The notes below the pieces were generated by a model. It did no database searches, was not told the origin of the DNA, and worked only from the letters and a program-made list of their open reading frames with translations. Shown one piece after another: positions 11,987 through 20,878 of a stretch of DNA of 64,000 nucleotides. Origin of the DNA: Mycobacteriales bacterium (GTDB lineage: Bacteria; Actinomycetota; Actinomycetes; Frankiales; Frankiaceae); contig JBBRSE010000018.1 in assembly GCA_038245655.1 (NCBI GenBank), forward strand, positions 743 through 64,742. Direction: 5' to 3'. Position numbers and translations under genes: made by a program. Position 1 is the first letter of the stretch; every line of letters begins with the position of its first letter.

Positions 11987-12756
11987 GTGCTGCTGGGCTC
12001 GCTATCGGCCGGAGCGTGACGCCCGTCCAGGCTCTTACCGAGCATCGACAGCACTACCGCGAGAATTCCGCCGATCACGATCGCAGAATCGGCCACGTTG
12101 AACACCGGCCAGTGGTGCAGGTGAATCCAGTCGACAACGTGGCCACGCAACGGACCGGGTGCACGAAAAAGCCGATCGCCGAGGTTGCCCAGCGCACCCC
12201 CGAGGAGCAGTCCAAGCGCCCAGGCCCAGCCGACAGAGCCCAACTGACGGGCCGCCCGCACGATGAAGACCACCACCGACGCCGCCACGAGCGTGAAGAT
12301 CACGGTCGCCCCGGCGGCGAACCCGAAAGCTGCTCCCGCATTGCGGGTGAGCTGCAGATCCAGCACCGACGGGATCGCGTCGACAGGTGCGCGGTTGGCG
12401 AGCTTGGCCACCACAACGATCTTGCTGACGACGTCTGCGACCAGGATGATCGCCGCCACGATCAGCAGCAGCGGCAGGCGGCGACGAACCTGCGCTACGG
12501 GCTCCGGCGCGTGCTCCGGCACCGCGGCGGGCTCCCTGGCCTGCGGCTCGTCGACGGAAGCGCGCGTATCGAAGGGACTGCGCGCGTCGGCTGCCCGCTG
12601 CGTCGGCTCTGCCACGCAGCGCAGTCTAGGCGTGCGCGGCGCACCCGGCTCTGCGCGCGCACCCTCGCCAGCGGCACGGTCGTGCAAATCTGCCCCAAGT
12701 TCCACGGCGCAGCCCGATTCACCCCCTTCACCCGGCGTGTCGCCGGAATGGATCAT
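11983..12756 (-). CDS. lspA: Lipoprotein signal peptidase II (start uncertain)
   Basis: Motifs TRNAGAAFGF and FNVADS with four TM helices. The charged 80-90-aa N-terminal stretch is doubtful; in-frame GTGs at 12615 and 12522 are alternative starts. Confidence 0.85.
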   Translation of the reverse strand: MIHSGDTPGEGGESGCAVELGADLHDRAAGEGARAEPGAPRTPRLRCVAEPTQRAADARSPFDTRASVDEPQAREPAAVPEHAPEPVAQVRRRLPLLLIVAAIILVADVVSKIVVVAKLANRAPVDAIPSVLDLQLTRNAGAAFGFAAGATVIFTLVAASVVVFIVRAARQLGSVGWAWALGLLLGGALGNLGDRLFRAPGPLRGHVVDWIHLHHWPVFNVADSAIVIGGILAVVLSMLGKSLDGRHAPADSEPSST

Positions 12757-12777
12757 GGTTTCGGGCAGATTTGCACG
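12681..12777. repeat. Perfect 15-bp inverted repeat, arms separated by 67 bp
   Basis: CGTGCAAATCTGCCC at 12681-12695 and its exact reverse complement GGGCAGATTTGCACG at 12763-12777. The arms are AT-richer than their surroundings. Confidence 0.9.
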
Positions 12778-12825
12778 GCGTGACCGGCCCTGGCCCTCCG
12801 GGATACGCTTGGGACGCGCGGAGCG

Positions 12826-13079
12826 GCCCTGACGGGGACGAGTAGCGCCGGAAGCAGCCCAGAGCGATCCGGGGGCGGTGTGAGCCCGGAGGCCGGCCCG
12901 GCGTGAAAATCACCCCTGAGCCGCCGGCAGAAACGGGCCGGGGACAAAATCCCTGGTCCGCGCTAGACCCGGCCCGCGCAGCTGAGGGGGCCCGCGCAGG
13001 TAGGCGGGCCAAGGAGGGTGGTACCGCGGGGCCGGCAGGTCTCGTCCCTTCGCCGGACGACCGACGAAGGAGTACCGAG
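12826..13079 (+). promoter_or_regulatory. T-box riboswitch leader (tRNA-Ile), translational type
   Basis: (1) T-box sequence GGGUGGUACCGCG at 13016-13028. (2) Specifier loop with S-turn elements AGUA (12841-12844) and GAA, AUC codon at 12909-12911 followed by A. (3) Stem I helices GGGG/CCCC (12834-37 / 12913-16) and CGCCGG/CCGGCG. (4) AG-bulge-like AGAGCG and distal GGUGUGAG. (5) CCUUCG (13047-52) can pair with CGAAGG of the SD (13065-70). Confidence 0.85.
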
Positions 13080-16000
13080 ATGCCGCCCGCCCCGCCGCCG
13101 TTCAGGCCCCTGCCGACAGGCCCGCCCGACCTCCCGTCGCTGGAAACGCAGGTCCTGGCGCGCTGGCACGAGACAGCGGTCTTCGACCGCTCGATAGCGC
13201 AGACCGCAGACGGCCCGCGCTGGGTGTTCTACGAGGGCCCGCCGACCGCCAACGGCAAACCCGGCGCCCACCACGTCGAGGCCCGCGTCTTCAAGGACCT
13301 GTTCCCGCGGTTCAAGACCATGAAGGGCTTCAGCGTCCCCCGCCGCGCCGGCTGGGACTGCCACGGCCTGCCGGTCGAGCTGGGGATCGAGAAGGAGCTC
13401 GGTTTCTCCGGCAAGCAGGACATCGAGGCGTACGGGGTCGCCGAGTTCAACGCCAAGTGCCGCGAGTCGGTGCTGCGCCACGTCGATGAGTTCGAACGGC
13501 TGACCGAACGGATGGGCTACTGGACCGACATGGCCGGCGCCTACCGGACCATGGACACGAGCTACATCGAGTCGGTCTGGTGGAGCCTGAAGACGATCTG
13601 GGACAAGGGCCTGCTGGTCCAGGACAACCGGGTCGCGCCGTACTGCCCGCGCTGCCAGACGGCCCTGTCCGACCATGAGGTGGCGCTCGGCTACACCGAC
13701 GTGGTCGACCCCAGCGTCTACGTGCGCTTCCCGGTCGTGGACCGCCCCTATGACCTGCTGGTCTGGACGACCACCCCGTGGACCCTGGTTTCCAACACCG
13801 CTGTCGCCGTCCACCCGGAGGTCACCTACGCGGTCGTCAGCACGTCAGACCAGGTGCCCGGAGCGCGGCCACTACTCGTTGCCGAACCGCTGATCGCGTC
13901 GGCGGTCGGGGCCGACGCCGAGGTGATCGAGCGGATCCCGGGCCGCGAACTCGAAGGCCTGGCGTATGTACGCCCGCTCGACCTGATCCCTGCAGAGGAG
14001 TTCGGCCCGGCGGCCCACCGCGTAGTGCTCGCCGACTACGTCACCGTCGAGGACGGCACGGGTCTCGTCCACCAGGCGCCCGCCTTCGGCGCCGAGGACC
14101 TCGAAGTGGCCCGCCGCTACGGGCTCGAGGTCGTCAATCCGATACGCGCCAATGGCACCTTCGACGAACACGTGCCCCTGGTCGGCGGCCAGTTCTTCAA
14201 GACCGCCGACGAGGCGCTGGTCGAGGAGTTGGAGCGCAGCGCCGTCCTATGGCGCCACGTGCCGTACGAGCACAGCTACCCGCTGTGCTGGCGGTGCGAC
14301 ACTCCCCTGCTCTACTACGCGCTCCCCTCCTGGTACATCCGTACGACCGCCATCAAGGACCGACTGCTCGCCGAGAACGAGGCCACCCGCTGGTATCCCT
14401 CGCGTATCAAGCACGGCCGCTACGGCGAGTGGCTGCGCGGCAATGTGGACTGGGCGCTGTCGCGCAACCGGTACTGGGGCACGCCGCTGCCGATCTGGGT
14501 CTGCGGCGACGAGACGACGCATCGGGTCTGCGTCGCCTCCCTGGGCGAACTCGGCGAGCTCGCCGGAAAGGACCTGTCGGCACTCGACCCGCACCGTCCT
14601 TTCGTCGACGACGTGACGCTCGCCTGCACGGCGCAGGGCTGCACCGGACGGATGACGCGCGTACCGGAGGTCATCGACGTTTGGTACGACTCGGGCTCGA
14701 TGCCGTTCGCCCAGTGGGGCGCACCGCACAAGCAGCTGGCCGAGTTCGAGGCCAACTACCCGGCGCAGTACATCTGCGAGGCGATTGACCAGACGCGCGG
14801 CTGGTTCTACACGCTGATGGCGATCGGGACGCTGGTGTTCGACAAGTCCTCGTACGAGACCGTGCTGTGCCTCGGCCTGCTGCTCGACGGCGACGGCCGC
14901 AAAATGAGCAAGCATCTGGGCAACGTGCTCGATCCCTTTGAGCTGTTCGACCGCCACGGCGCCGACGCGGTGCGCTGGCTCATGCTGGCCGGTGGATCGC
15001 CGTGGATGGACCGGCGGGTCGGCCACGCCAACATCGAAGAGGTCGTACGCAAGGTCCTGCTCACGTACTACAACACCGCCTCGTTCTTCCTGCTGTACGC
15101 GAGCACGAGCGACTGGCAGCCGGGCCAGCCAGCGGCGGCCGAGCACGTGCTCGACCGCTGGGCGCGCAGCGAGCTGGCGGATACCGTGCTGGAAGTCGAC
15201 GCCGCGCTGGAGGACTTCGACTCGGCGCGCGCCGGCAAGCGCATCGCAGGGTTCCTGGACGACCTGTCCAACTGGTATGTCCGACGCTCGCGCCGCCGCT
15301 TCTGGGCCGGCGATCCGGCCGCTCTGGCGACGCTGCACGAGTGCCTGGCGACCGTCACCCAGCTGATGGCACCGATGACGCCGTTCCTCACCGACTGGCT
15401 GTGGCCTCAGCTGGCGATTCCGGGTGCGCCGGACTCGGTGCACCTCACCTCGTGGCCGGTTCCCGGTGGCGCCCAGACGGACCGCGCGCTCTCGACTCAG
15501 ATGGTGCTGGTACGCCGGCTCGTCGAGCTCGGTCGGGCGGCCCGGGCCGGGGCGAAGGTCAAGACGCGCCAGCCACTGGCCCGCGCGGGCATACCGGCCG
15601 CGTTGCTCTCGCAGCTCGATGCGGAGCTCCGCCAGGAAATCGCCGACGAGCTGAACGTCATGGCCGTCGAACCGCTCGACGGCGAGCTCGTCGACATCGT
15701 GGTGAAGCCGAACTTCCGGGCGCTCGGCAAGCGCTTCGGCTCGCGGACCAAGCAGGTCGCCGCGGCCGTCGCCGAAGCCGGGCATCCGGTGGACGGGCGA
15801 CTGTCGGTGGTCGTCGACGGTGAAACGCTCGAGATCTCGGCCGACGAGCTCATCGTCACCGAGACCCCGCAAGCCGGGTGGGCAGTTGCCCGCGAGTCCG
15901 GGGCATCGGTGGCGCTGGATCTCACCCTCACCGACGAGCTGCGCCGGGCCGGGCTGGCCCGCGATGTCGTCCGGCGGGCTCAGGAGGCCCGCAAGCAGTC

Positions 16001-16205
16001 CGGCCTGGATGTCAGCGACCGGATCGAACTGTGGTGGGAGGCCGAGAGCAGTGAACTGGCCGCGGCCGTCCGCGAGCACGCGGCCGCGATCGCTGCTGAG
16101 GTGTTGGCGACCTCATTCACCGAAGGACACCCCAAGGTGGCCGTCGCACCGCACCGCGACGACGACCTCGGGCTGACGATATGGCTACGGGTCGCCGGCG
16201 GTTGA
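13080..16205 (+). CDS. ileS: Isoleucine--tRNA ligase
   Basis: Class I motifs PTANGKPGAHHV and KMSKH plus a CP1 editing domain. ATG at 13080 lies 7 nt after GAAGGAG. The ORF-track start at 12903 runs through the T-box. Confidence 0.97.
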   Translation: MPPAPPPFRPLPTGPPDLPSLETQVLARWHETAVFDRSIAQTADGPRWVFYEGPPTANGKPGAHHVEARVFKDLFPRFKTMKGFSVPRRAGWDCHGLPVELGIEKELGFSGKQDIEAYGVAEFNAKCRESVLRHVDEFERLTERMGYWTDMAGAYRTMDTSYIESVWWSLKTIWDKGLLVQDNRVAPYCPRCQTALSDHEVALGYTDVVDPSVYVRFPVVDRPYDLLVWTTTPWTLVSNTAVAVHPEVTYAVVSTSDQVPGARPLLVAEPLIASAVGADAEVIERIPGRELEGLAYVRPLDLIPAEEFGPAAHRVVLADYVTVEDGTGLVHQAPAFGAEDLEVARRYGLEVVNPIRANGTFDEHVPLVGGQFFKTADEALVEELERSAVLWRHVPYEHSYPLCWRCDTPLLYYALPSWYIRTTAIKDRLLAENEATRWYPSRIKHGRYGEWLRGNVDWALSRNRYWGTPLPIWVCGDETTHRVCVASLGELGELAGKDLSALDPHRPFVDDVTLACTAQGCTGRMTRVPEVIDVWYDSGSMPFAQWGAPHKQLAEFEANYPAQYICEAIDQTRGWFYTLMAIGTLVFDKSSYETVLCLGLLLDGDGRKMSKHLGNVLDPFELFDRHGADAVRWLMLAGGSPWMDRRVGHANIEEVVRKVLLTYYNTASFFLLYASTSDWQPGQPAAAEHVLDRWARSELADTVLEVDAALEDFDSARAGKRIAGFLDDLSNWYVRRSRRRFWAGDPAALATLHECLATVTQLMAPMTPFLTDWLWPQLAIPGAPDSVHLTSWPVPGGAQTDRALSTQMVLVRRLVELGRAARAGAKVKTRQPLARAGIPAALLSQLDAELRQEIADELNVMAVEPLDGELVDIVVKPNFRALGKRFGSRTKQVAAAVAEAGHPVDGRLSVVVDGETLEISADELIVTETPQAGWAVARESGASVALDLTLTDELRRAGLARDVVRRAQEARKQSGLDVSDRIELWWEAESSELAAAVREHAAAIAAEVLATSFTEGHPKVAVAPHRDDDLGLTIWLRVAGG

Positions 16206-16207
16206 GC

Positions 16208-16252
16208 GGGGCTGCTGCTAGGGCTTGCAGACGCCGCAAGCCAGGTAGCCCC
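16208..16252. terminator. Possible bidirectional hairpin between convergent ileS and the downstream membrane-protein gene
   Basis: Inner stem GGCTTGC-7nt-GCAAGCC (16222-16242) extended by GGGGCT/AGCCCC (16208-13 / 16247-52). It begins 3 nt after the ileS TGA. There is no U-tract and it overlaps the last codons of the minus-strand gene. Confidence 0.3.
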
Positions 16253-17387
16253 GGCGGACCGCCTCGACCTTGCCGGACTCCTCGCTTTCCAGACCTTCCA
16301 GCAGCTCGCAGTCGGCGCGGTGGTATTCGCGGGTCGACGCGACAGCTTGCACGGTCCGGCCGCCGCGACGCGGGCGGGCTGGCGCGGCGGGGGTGCCGCC
16401 GCTGGTGTCAGCGTCCGGCTGCGCGGCTTGGGTGGGTGCCGTCGTCGCGGAGAAGTCGGCGACGGGTGCGGCGGTAGGCGGCGGCGCGGGTGCAGCGGGT
16501 GCCGTCCCTGGCACCGGCGCCGAGGTCGCGGCCGCAGGCGCGCTGACGGACGGGGCGGCGATCGGCGGGGCGGCCACGGGCGGCGGCGCAGGATGGGCCG
16601 CCTGGGCGACCGGTTCGGTCACCGGCACCGCAGGCGCGGAGGCCGCGGCCGGTTGCTGAACGGGCACGCTGTTGTGCGAAACGTGTTGCGGGGCAGCGCT
16701 GTAGGCGGGCATCGCCGGCGCCGTCACCGCGACGGGCGGCATGTCGTGCGCCGGGCTCGGCTCCTCGGGACCGTGCCCATCCGCAGCATGCTCACGGCCC
16801 GCGGCGCCGCGGCCCAACGTCTCGTTAGGCCGGCAAACCCCGCACGGGGTGAATCCCAATTCGCGGGCCTCGACGATCTCAATCGGCTCGGAGTCGTCAT
16901 GACCTTCGACGTATTCGCAGCCACCGACGTGATAGCGCGGACGTCCGGAAATGACGAGCACATCGGCGCCGGTCGCCTCCGCCCGCTGCTCGAAGTCAGC
17001 GTTGGCGGCTTCCAGCGGAAAGTCGGAGGTTGCGTCGTCCGGTGCGTCGTCCGGTACGTCGGCATGGTCGTCGGCATGGTCGTCGGCGTCAACGTCGTGC
17101 GGCGAATGCTCCGGCTCTTTCGTGAGCACGGGCTTCTGCGCAGTTTCCTTCGGGGACTTCTTCGGCTCACGTGACGGCGCCTGGCGCCGGGTGGCGTCGC
17201 TGTCGGCGTCGCCATCACCCGCATCGGCGGCAGGAACGGGCCGCTGGAAAACTCCCACCAGCAAGAAGACCGCAGAAACCAGGGACAGGCCGATCGCCGC
17301 ATACACCAACGTGATGCTGCCCGCCACGATACCGATGAGCAGTAACACTGCGGCTATAAGGACAAGCGCCCCGCTGAGAACAATCAA
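16218..17387 (-). CDS. Membrane-anchored Pro/Ala-rich protein with two Cys-rich YH-x3-C...C-x2-C-(R/K)-P modules
   Basis: TTG at 17387, 7 nt after AAGGTGA. Two N-terminal TM helices and an acidic repeat linker. Module 1 is RYHVGGCEYV...GFTPCGVCRP; module 2, at the C-terminus, is EYHRADCELL...GYLACGVCKP. Confidence 0.7.
   Translation of the reverse strand: MIVLSGALVLIAAVLLLIGIVAGSITLVYAAIGLSLVSAVFLLVGVFQRPVPAADAGDGDADSDATRRQAPSREPKKSPKETAQKPVLTKEPEHSPHDVDADDHADDHADVPDDAPDDATSDFPLEAANADFEQRAEATGADVLVISGRPRYHVGGCEYVEGHDDSEPIEIVEARELGFTPCGVCRPNETLGRGAAGREHAADGHGPEEPSPAHDMPPVAVTAPAMPAYSAAPQHVSHNSVPVQQPAAASAPAVPVTEPVAQAAHPAPPPVAAPPIAAPSVSAPAAATSAPVPGTAPAAPAPPPTAAPVADFSATTAPTQAAQPDADTSGGTPAAPARPRRGGRTVQAVASTREYHRADCELLEGLESEESGKVEAVRRGYLACGVCKP
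17031..17082. repeat. Two adjacent perfect 12-nt tandem duplications inside the acidic linker of the 16218-17387 gene
   Basis: TGCGTCGTCCGG x2 (17031-17054) and TCGGCATGGTCG x2 (17059-17082). They encode the repeated acidic DDA / DDHA peptide units of the linker. Confidence 0.9.
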
Positions 17388-17484
17388 GCGCGTTCACCTT
17401 GTCGATAGGGATCGAGATAGATCGAAATTGGATCGGAACGGGTCACCGGATCAAGGCTTGAGCTGCTTAATCCATCTTGACGGC

Positions 17485-18387
17485 TTAGCCGAAGCTCCCG
17501 CTACGATGCCCCTCGCCGCCCGTGTCAAACGGCGAAGCCCCTATTTGGGTCTGCGCAGCTGGGTCTTCGTTGGTCAGTGGGTCGATGCCTGACGGGCCGC
17601 CGCTGCCGGGCGACCAGACCGGTCCGAAGCCCGGCGGGTCGGAAGGACCGGCTGGGGCCGACTCGCCGTGGCCGCCCTCATCGACCTGTTCCCGGTGCTC
17701 GTGGCCGGGCTCATCCGAAGCCGACGGCTCCCCGGCATCCAGCACATTGGCTGCGCCGCCCTCGACCGCTGGGGGTCCGGGCATGGCGATTTCAAGGTCG
17801 CGAAGCTGCACCTCGAGGTAGGCCCGCAGCCGGTGGCGGTACTCGCGCTCGAACGTCTGTAGCTGCTCAACCTCACCCTCGAGCGCGCTTTTGTTGCGCT
17901 CCAGGTTGCTGATCTCGTCCGCGGCTCGTCCGCGGGCCTCGACGAGGACATGCTCGGCCTCGATTCGGGCGGCGCCGCGGGTGCGGTCGGCATCGGACTG
18001 CGCCTCGCGTACCGCCGCGTCAGCCGTCTGCTGGGCCAGCACCAGCATGCGCGTGACGCGCTGCTCGACGGCGACATCGTCGGGCGCGGGAGGCGGCGCG
18101 GCGGGCGCCGGCGCGGCTACGACCTCAGTCGGCGACGCCGCGGACGCGGCCGGTTCGGGTACCTCGGCGGCGGCGCTGACGGCCGCTGAGGCGGGCTCCG
18201 TGCTCGCCGGCCGGCCAGCGCGGGCCAGCTCGACGTCGCGGCGCAGCTGCTCGTTTTCGGTGGTCAGCCTGATGATCTCGGCTTCGACCTGGTCGAGAAA
18301 AGCGTCGACCTCATTCTCGTCGTAGCCGCGGCGCATCCGGGTGGAACCGAACACTTTGCTGGCCACCTCTTGAGGCGTCAGCGGCAT
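17485..18387 (-). CDS. divIVA: DivIVA/Wag31 polar growth determinant
   Basis: N-terminus MPLTPQEVASKVFGSTRMRRGYDENEVDAFLDQVEAE followed by coiled-coil segments. AGGAGA lies upstream of the ATG. Position after yggT is typical. Confidence 0.9.
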   Translation of the reverse strand: MPLTPQEVASKVFGSTRMRRGYDENEVDAFLDQVEAEIIRLTTENEQLRRDVELARAGRPASTEPASAAVSAAAEVPEPAASAASPTEVVAAPAPAAPPPAPDDVAVEQRVTRMLVLAQQTADAAVREAQSDADRTRGAARIEAEHVLVEARGRAADEISNLERNKSALEGEVEQLQTFEREYRHRLRAYLEVQLRDLEIAMPGPPAVEGGAANVLDAGEPSASDEPGHEHREQVDEGGHGESAPAGPSDPPGFGPVWSPGSGGPSGIDPLTNEDPAAQTQIGASPFDTGGEGHRSGSFG

Positions 18388-18484
18388 GGCTTCTCCTGTC
18401 GACGCAACGCAACACTTTGCTGGGCACTATCGCCGTCGCGGGCGCCTTCTCAAGCTAGGGGTGAAAGCGCCCGGACAAACAGTG

Positions 18485-18751
18485 TCACAGCTTCGCGGCG
18501 TACTGGATCGCCACGAGCACCACAATCCACAGCAGGAAGAACGCGAGATCGAGTGAGAACCCGCCGATACGCAGCGGCGGGATCAGGCGGCGCAGCAGCC
18601 TTAGCGGCGGATCGGTAACCGTATAGATCACCTCAAACACCACGACGAGCGGGCCCTTGGGACGAAAGCCGCGGCTCAACACCATGACCCAGTCGATGAT
18701 GAACCGACCGATGAGCATGACAAAGAAAACCCACAGCAGCGTGTAGAGCAC
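18485..18751 (-). CDS. yggT: YggT (YlmG) family membrane protein
   Basis: 88 aa with two TM helices, in the conserved position between sepF and divIVA. Confidence 0.85.
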   Translation of the reverse strand: MLYTLLWVFFVMLIGRFIIDWVMVLSRGFRPKGPLVVVFEVIYTVTDPPLRLLRRLIPPLRIGGFSLDLAFFLLWIVVLVAIQYAAKL

Positions 18752-18799
18752 CAGCCCAACCGCGTGAATAATGCCTCCTGCAGCCTCGCTCCGAGACCG

Positions 18800-19378
18800 T
18801 CAGGACTGGTTGTAGAAGCCGCCCGCGACGATCCGACGCTTGTCCTCTGCGCTGACTGCCACAGTACTGGGAGACAGCAGGAACACCTTATTGGTGACCT
18901 TTTCGATGCTGCCCCGCAAGCCGAAGATCAGACCGGCGGCAAAGTCGACCAGACGCTTCGCGTCCTCATCCGACATGTCCGTCAGATTCATGATCACCGG
19001 GATGTGCTCCCGGAAGGCTTCACCGATCTGGCGCGCTTCGTTGTAACTGCGCGGCTGCAGAGTGGTGATCTGGTACGAGGGGGTCTCCGGGGTTTCCCGA
19101 AGCACCGGCTCGGCCAGCCGGGGAGCGACACTCCCACGCGTCGCCGTCTCGACGGACAGCCCGTCGACCCGCGCCTCATGACGCGAGCGGCGCCCGACAC
19201 TCACCTCAGGTGGTCGCACCTCGCGTATCTCGCGCTGCTCCATCCGACGAACCTGGCGCGTTGACACCGGCTCGCGAACGGGCTCATCGGCCTCGTACTC
19301 ATCGTCGACGTAGCCCTCGTCTTCCTCAGCCAACCCGAGGTAGACCATCGCCCTGCGGCCCATACCCATGGGCAGCAC
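18800..19378 (-). CDS. sepF: Cell division protein SepF
   Basis: N-terminal amphipathic MVYLGL motif and a C-terminal SepF domain (IPVIMNLTDM...AGLIFGLRGSIEKV). The start could be GTG 19378 or ATG 19369/19363. Confidence 0.9.
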   Translation of the reverse strand: MLPMGMGRRAMVYLGLAEEDEGYVDDEYEADEPVREPVSTRQVRRMEQREIREVRPPEVSVGRRSRHEARVDGLSVETATRGSVAPRLAEPVLRETPETPSYQITTLQPRSYNEARQIGEAFREHIPVIMNLTDMSDEDAKRLVDFAAGLIFGLRGSIEKVTNKVFLLSPSTVAVSAEDKRRIVAGGFYNQS

Positions 19379-19379
19379 T

Positions 19380-20123
19380 CTAAGGCCGAGAACCCATCAA
19401 ACCGGTACCGATACGTAGGTGTGTCGCCCCTTCGCTGACAGCTTCTTCGAGATCGCTCGACATCCCGGCGGAGATCGCGACCGATCCCGGGTGCGATCGC
19501 ACCAGCCGCTCGCTCGCCGCGCGCAGCCGCCGGAACGCGGCGCGCGGGTCGCCACCTAGCGGGGGAACGGCCATCAGGCCCGCCAGCCGCAACGAAGGAG
19601 CCTGCGCAACCTGGTCGGACAGCGCCGCAATAGCGTCCTCGCTCATGCCGCCGCGGCGCGGGTCGCCGTCGAGGCTCAGCTGCAGGAAGACCTCGAGCCG
19701 GTGACCCTGGGCGGATGCCGCCCGCGCCAGGGGGGCGATGAGCTCGACGCGATCCAGCGTGTGCATTGCGTGGCAGCTTCGACCCACGAGCGCAGCCTTG
19801 TTGCGTTGCAGCTGGCCGATGAAATGCCAGCGCGGCGCCGGCTCGCCTGGATTACGGGTGGCCGACTCCTCGATCTCGGCCAACTTGGCCGCCAGCTCCT
19901 GCGCCCGGTTCTCACCGATGTCCAGCACGCCCAGCGAAAGCAGGTGCACGACGTCGCTGACCGGCCACGTCTTGGTGACCGCGATGATGGTGAGCTCCGC
20001 TGGGTCGCGCCCAGCGGCCCGCGCGGCGGCGGCGACCCGCTCCGCCAAGGCCTCCCAGCGACGCTTGAGCTCGGCTCGGCGGGCTTGGGCGACCGGGTCG
20101 AGCGGCTGCTCCGAGCCGCTCAA
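19380..20123 (-). CDS. yggS: YggS/YlmE-family PLP-binding protein
   Basis: PLP-lysine context IIAVTKTWPV. TTG at 20123 forms a TTGA overlap with the pgeF stop. The ORF-track start at 20366 would overlap pgeF by 240 nt. Confidence 0.88.
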   Translation of the reverse strand: MSGSEQPLDPVAQARRAELKRRWEALAERVAAAARAAGRDPAELTIIAVTKTWPVSDVVHLLSLGVLDIGENRAQELAAKLAEIEESATRNPGEPAPRWHFIGQLQRNKAALVGRSCHAMHTLDRVELIAPLARAASAQGHRLEVFLQLSLDGDPRRGGMSEDAIAALSDQVAQAPSLRLAGLMAVPPLGGDPRAAFRRLRAASERLVRSHPGSVAISAGMSSDLEEAVSEGATHLRIGTGLMGSRP

Positions 20124-20857
20124 CTGTCGATGACGATCAGGCCCGCGCAGCGCCCTGTCCGTTGATCGCGCCGGTGGCTGAAGTGGGCGTTGGATTCCAT
20201 CGTGCAGGTCGGGTCGACGTGAAGCTTCCCGACGCCCAGGGCATGCAGCTGCGCGACCAGCCCGGCCCGCAGGTCCAGTGACGGGCGGCCGGCCCGTGTC
20301 GTCGCCAGCGCCGCCGGAGTCACCGACGCCACCTCGGCGCGCATTGCCGCGGGCACCTCGTAACACTTCCCGCAGACCGCCGGCCCAAGTTCGGCGACGA
20401 TGGCCCGCGGCTGCACACCCAGCGAGCTCATCCGGCTGACAACCGCCTCCACGACTCCGAGTTGCAGGCCGCGCCGACCGGCATGCGCGGCAGCCACCAC
20501 CTCACGCGAAGCCGCCGGGTCATCGGCGCCGTCATCGGCTCCGCCGCGGTCGATGGGACCGCGCAGCATGATCGGGACGCAATCGGCGACGAGGACAGCC
20601 AGCACCAGATCCGGAACGCTCGTGATGATCGCGTCGGTCTCTGGTACCGGCCCGTCAAGCGGCCCGTCGATGACGGCGACCCGCCGGCCGTGGACCTGAT
20701 CCATCCAGACCACGGGGCGACCACCGGTCAAACCCTGCAGCCCGCGGCGGTTTTCCGCCACGGCAGCAGGGTCGTCACCGACATGAAGGCCCAGGTTCAG
20801 CTCCGCGTACGGCGGTTCGCTGACCCCACCCCGGCGGTCGGTAAACCACACCGCCAT
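20120..20857 (-). CDS. pgeF: PgeF/YlmD (YfiH, DUF152) peptidoglycan editing factor / laccase-domain protein
   Basis: 245 aa with motifs MDQVHG, VADCVPI and AHAGRRG. Located immediately downstream of ftsZ. Confidence 0.88.
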   Translation of the reverse strand: MAVWFTDRRGGVSEPPYAELNLGLHVGDDPAAVAENRRGLQGLTGGRPVVWMDQVHGRRVAVIDGPLDGPVPETDAIITSVPDLVLAVLVADCVPIMLRGPIDRGGADDGADDPAASREVVAAAHAGRRGLQLGVVEAVVSRMSSLGVQPRAIVAELGPAVCGKCYEVPAAMRAEVASVTPAALATTRAGRPSLDLRAGLVAQLHALGVGKLHVDPTCTMESNAHFSHRRDQRTGRCAGLIVIDS

Positions 20858-20878
20858 ATCGGCTTCGCCTACTTACCC

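Noticed and set aside
12867-12869. Alternative AUC (in AGAGCGAUCC) as the T-box specifier codon
   Set aside because: It is followed by C, not a purine, and sits in the AG-bulge-like part of Stem I. The AUC at 12909-12911 has the GAA S-turn context and a 3' A.
12903-13079. ORF-track N-terminal extension of IleS (GTG 12903)
   Set aside because: The stretch contains the specifier loop, the T-box sequence and an SD-sequestering helix. ATG 13080 has a GAAGGAG SD at ideal spacing, and conserved IleS sequence begins there.
20124-20366. N-terminal extension of YggS
   Set aside because: It overlaps pgeF by about 240 nt and is Arg/Pro/Gly-rich. TTG 20123 gives a normal-length protein and a TTGA junction.
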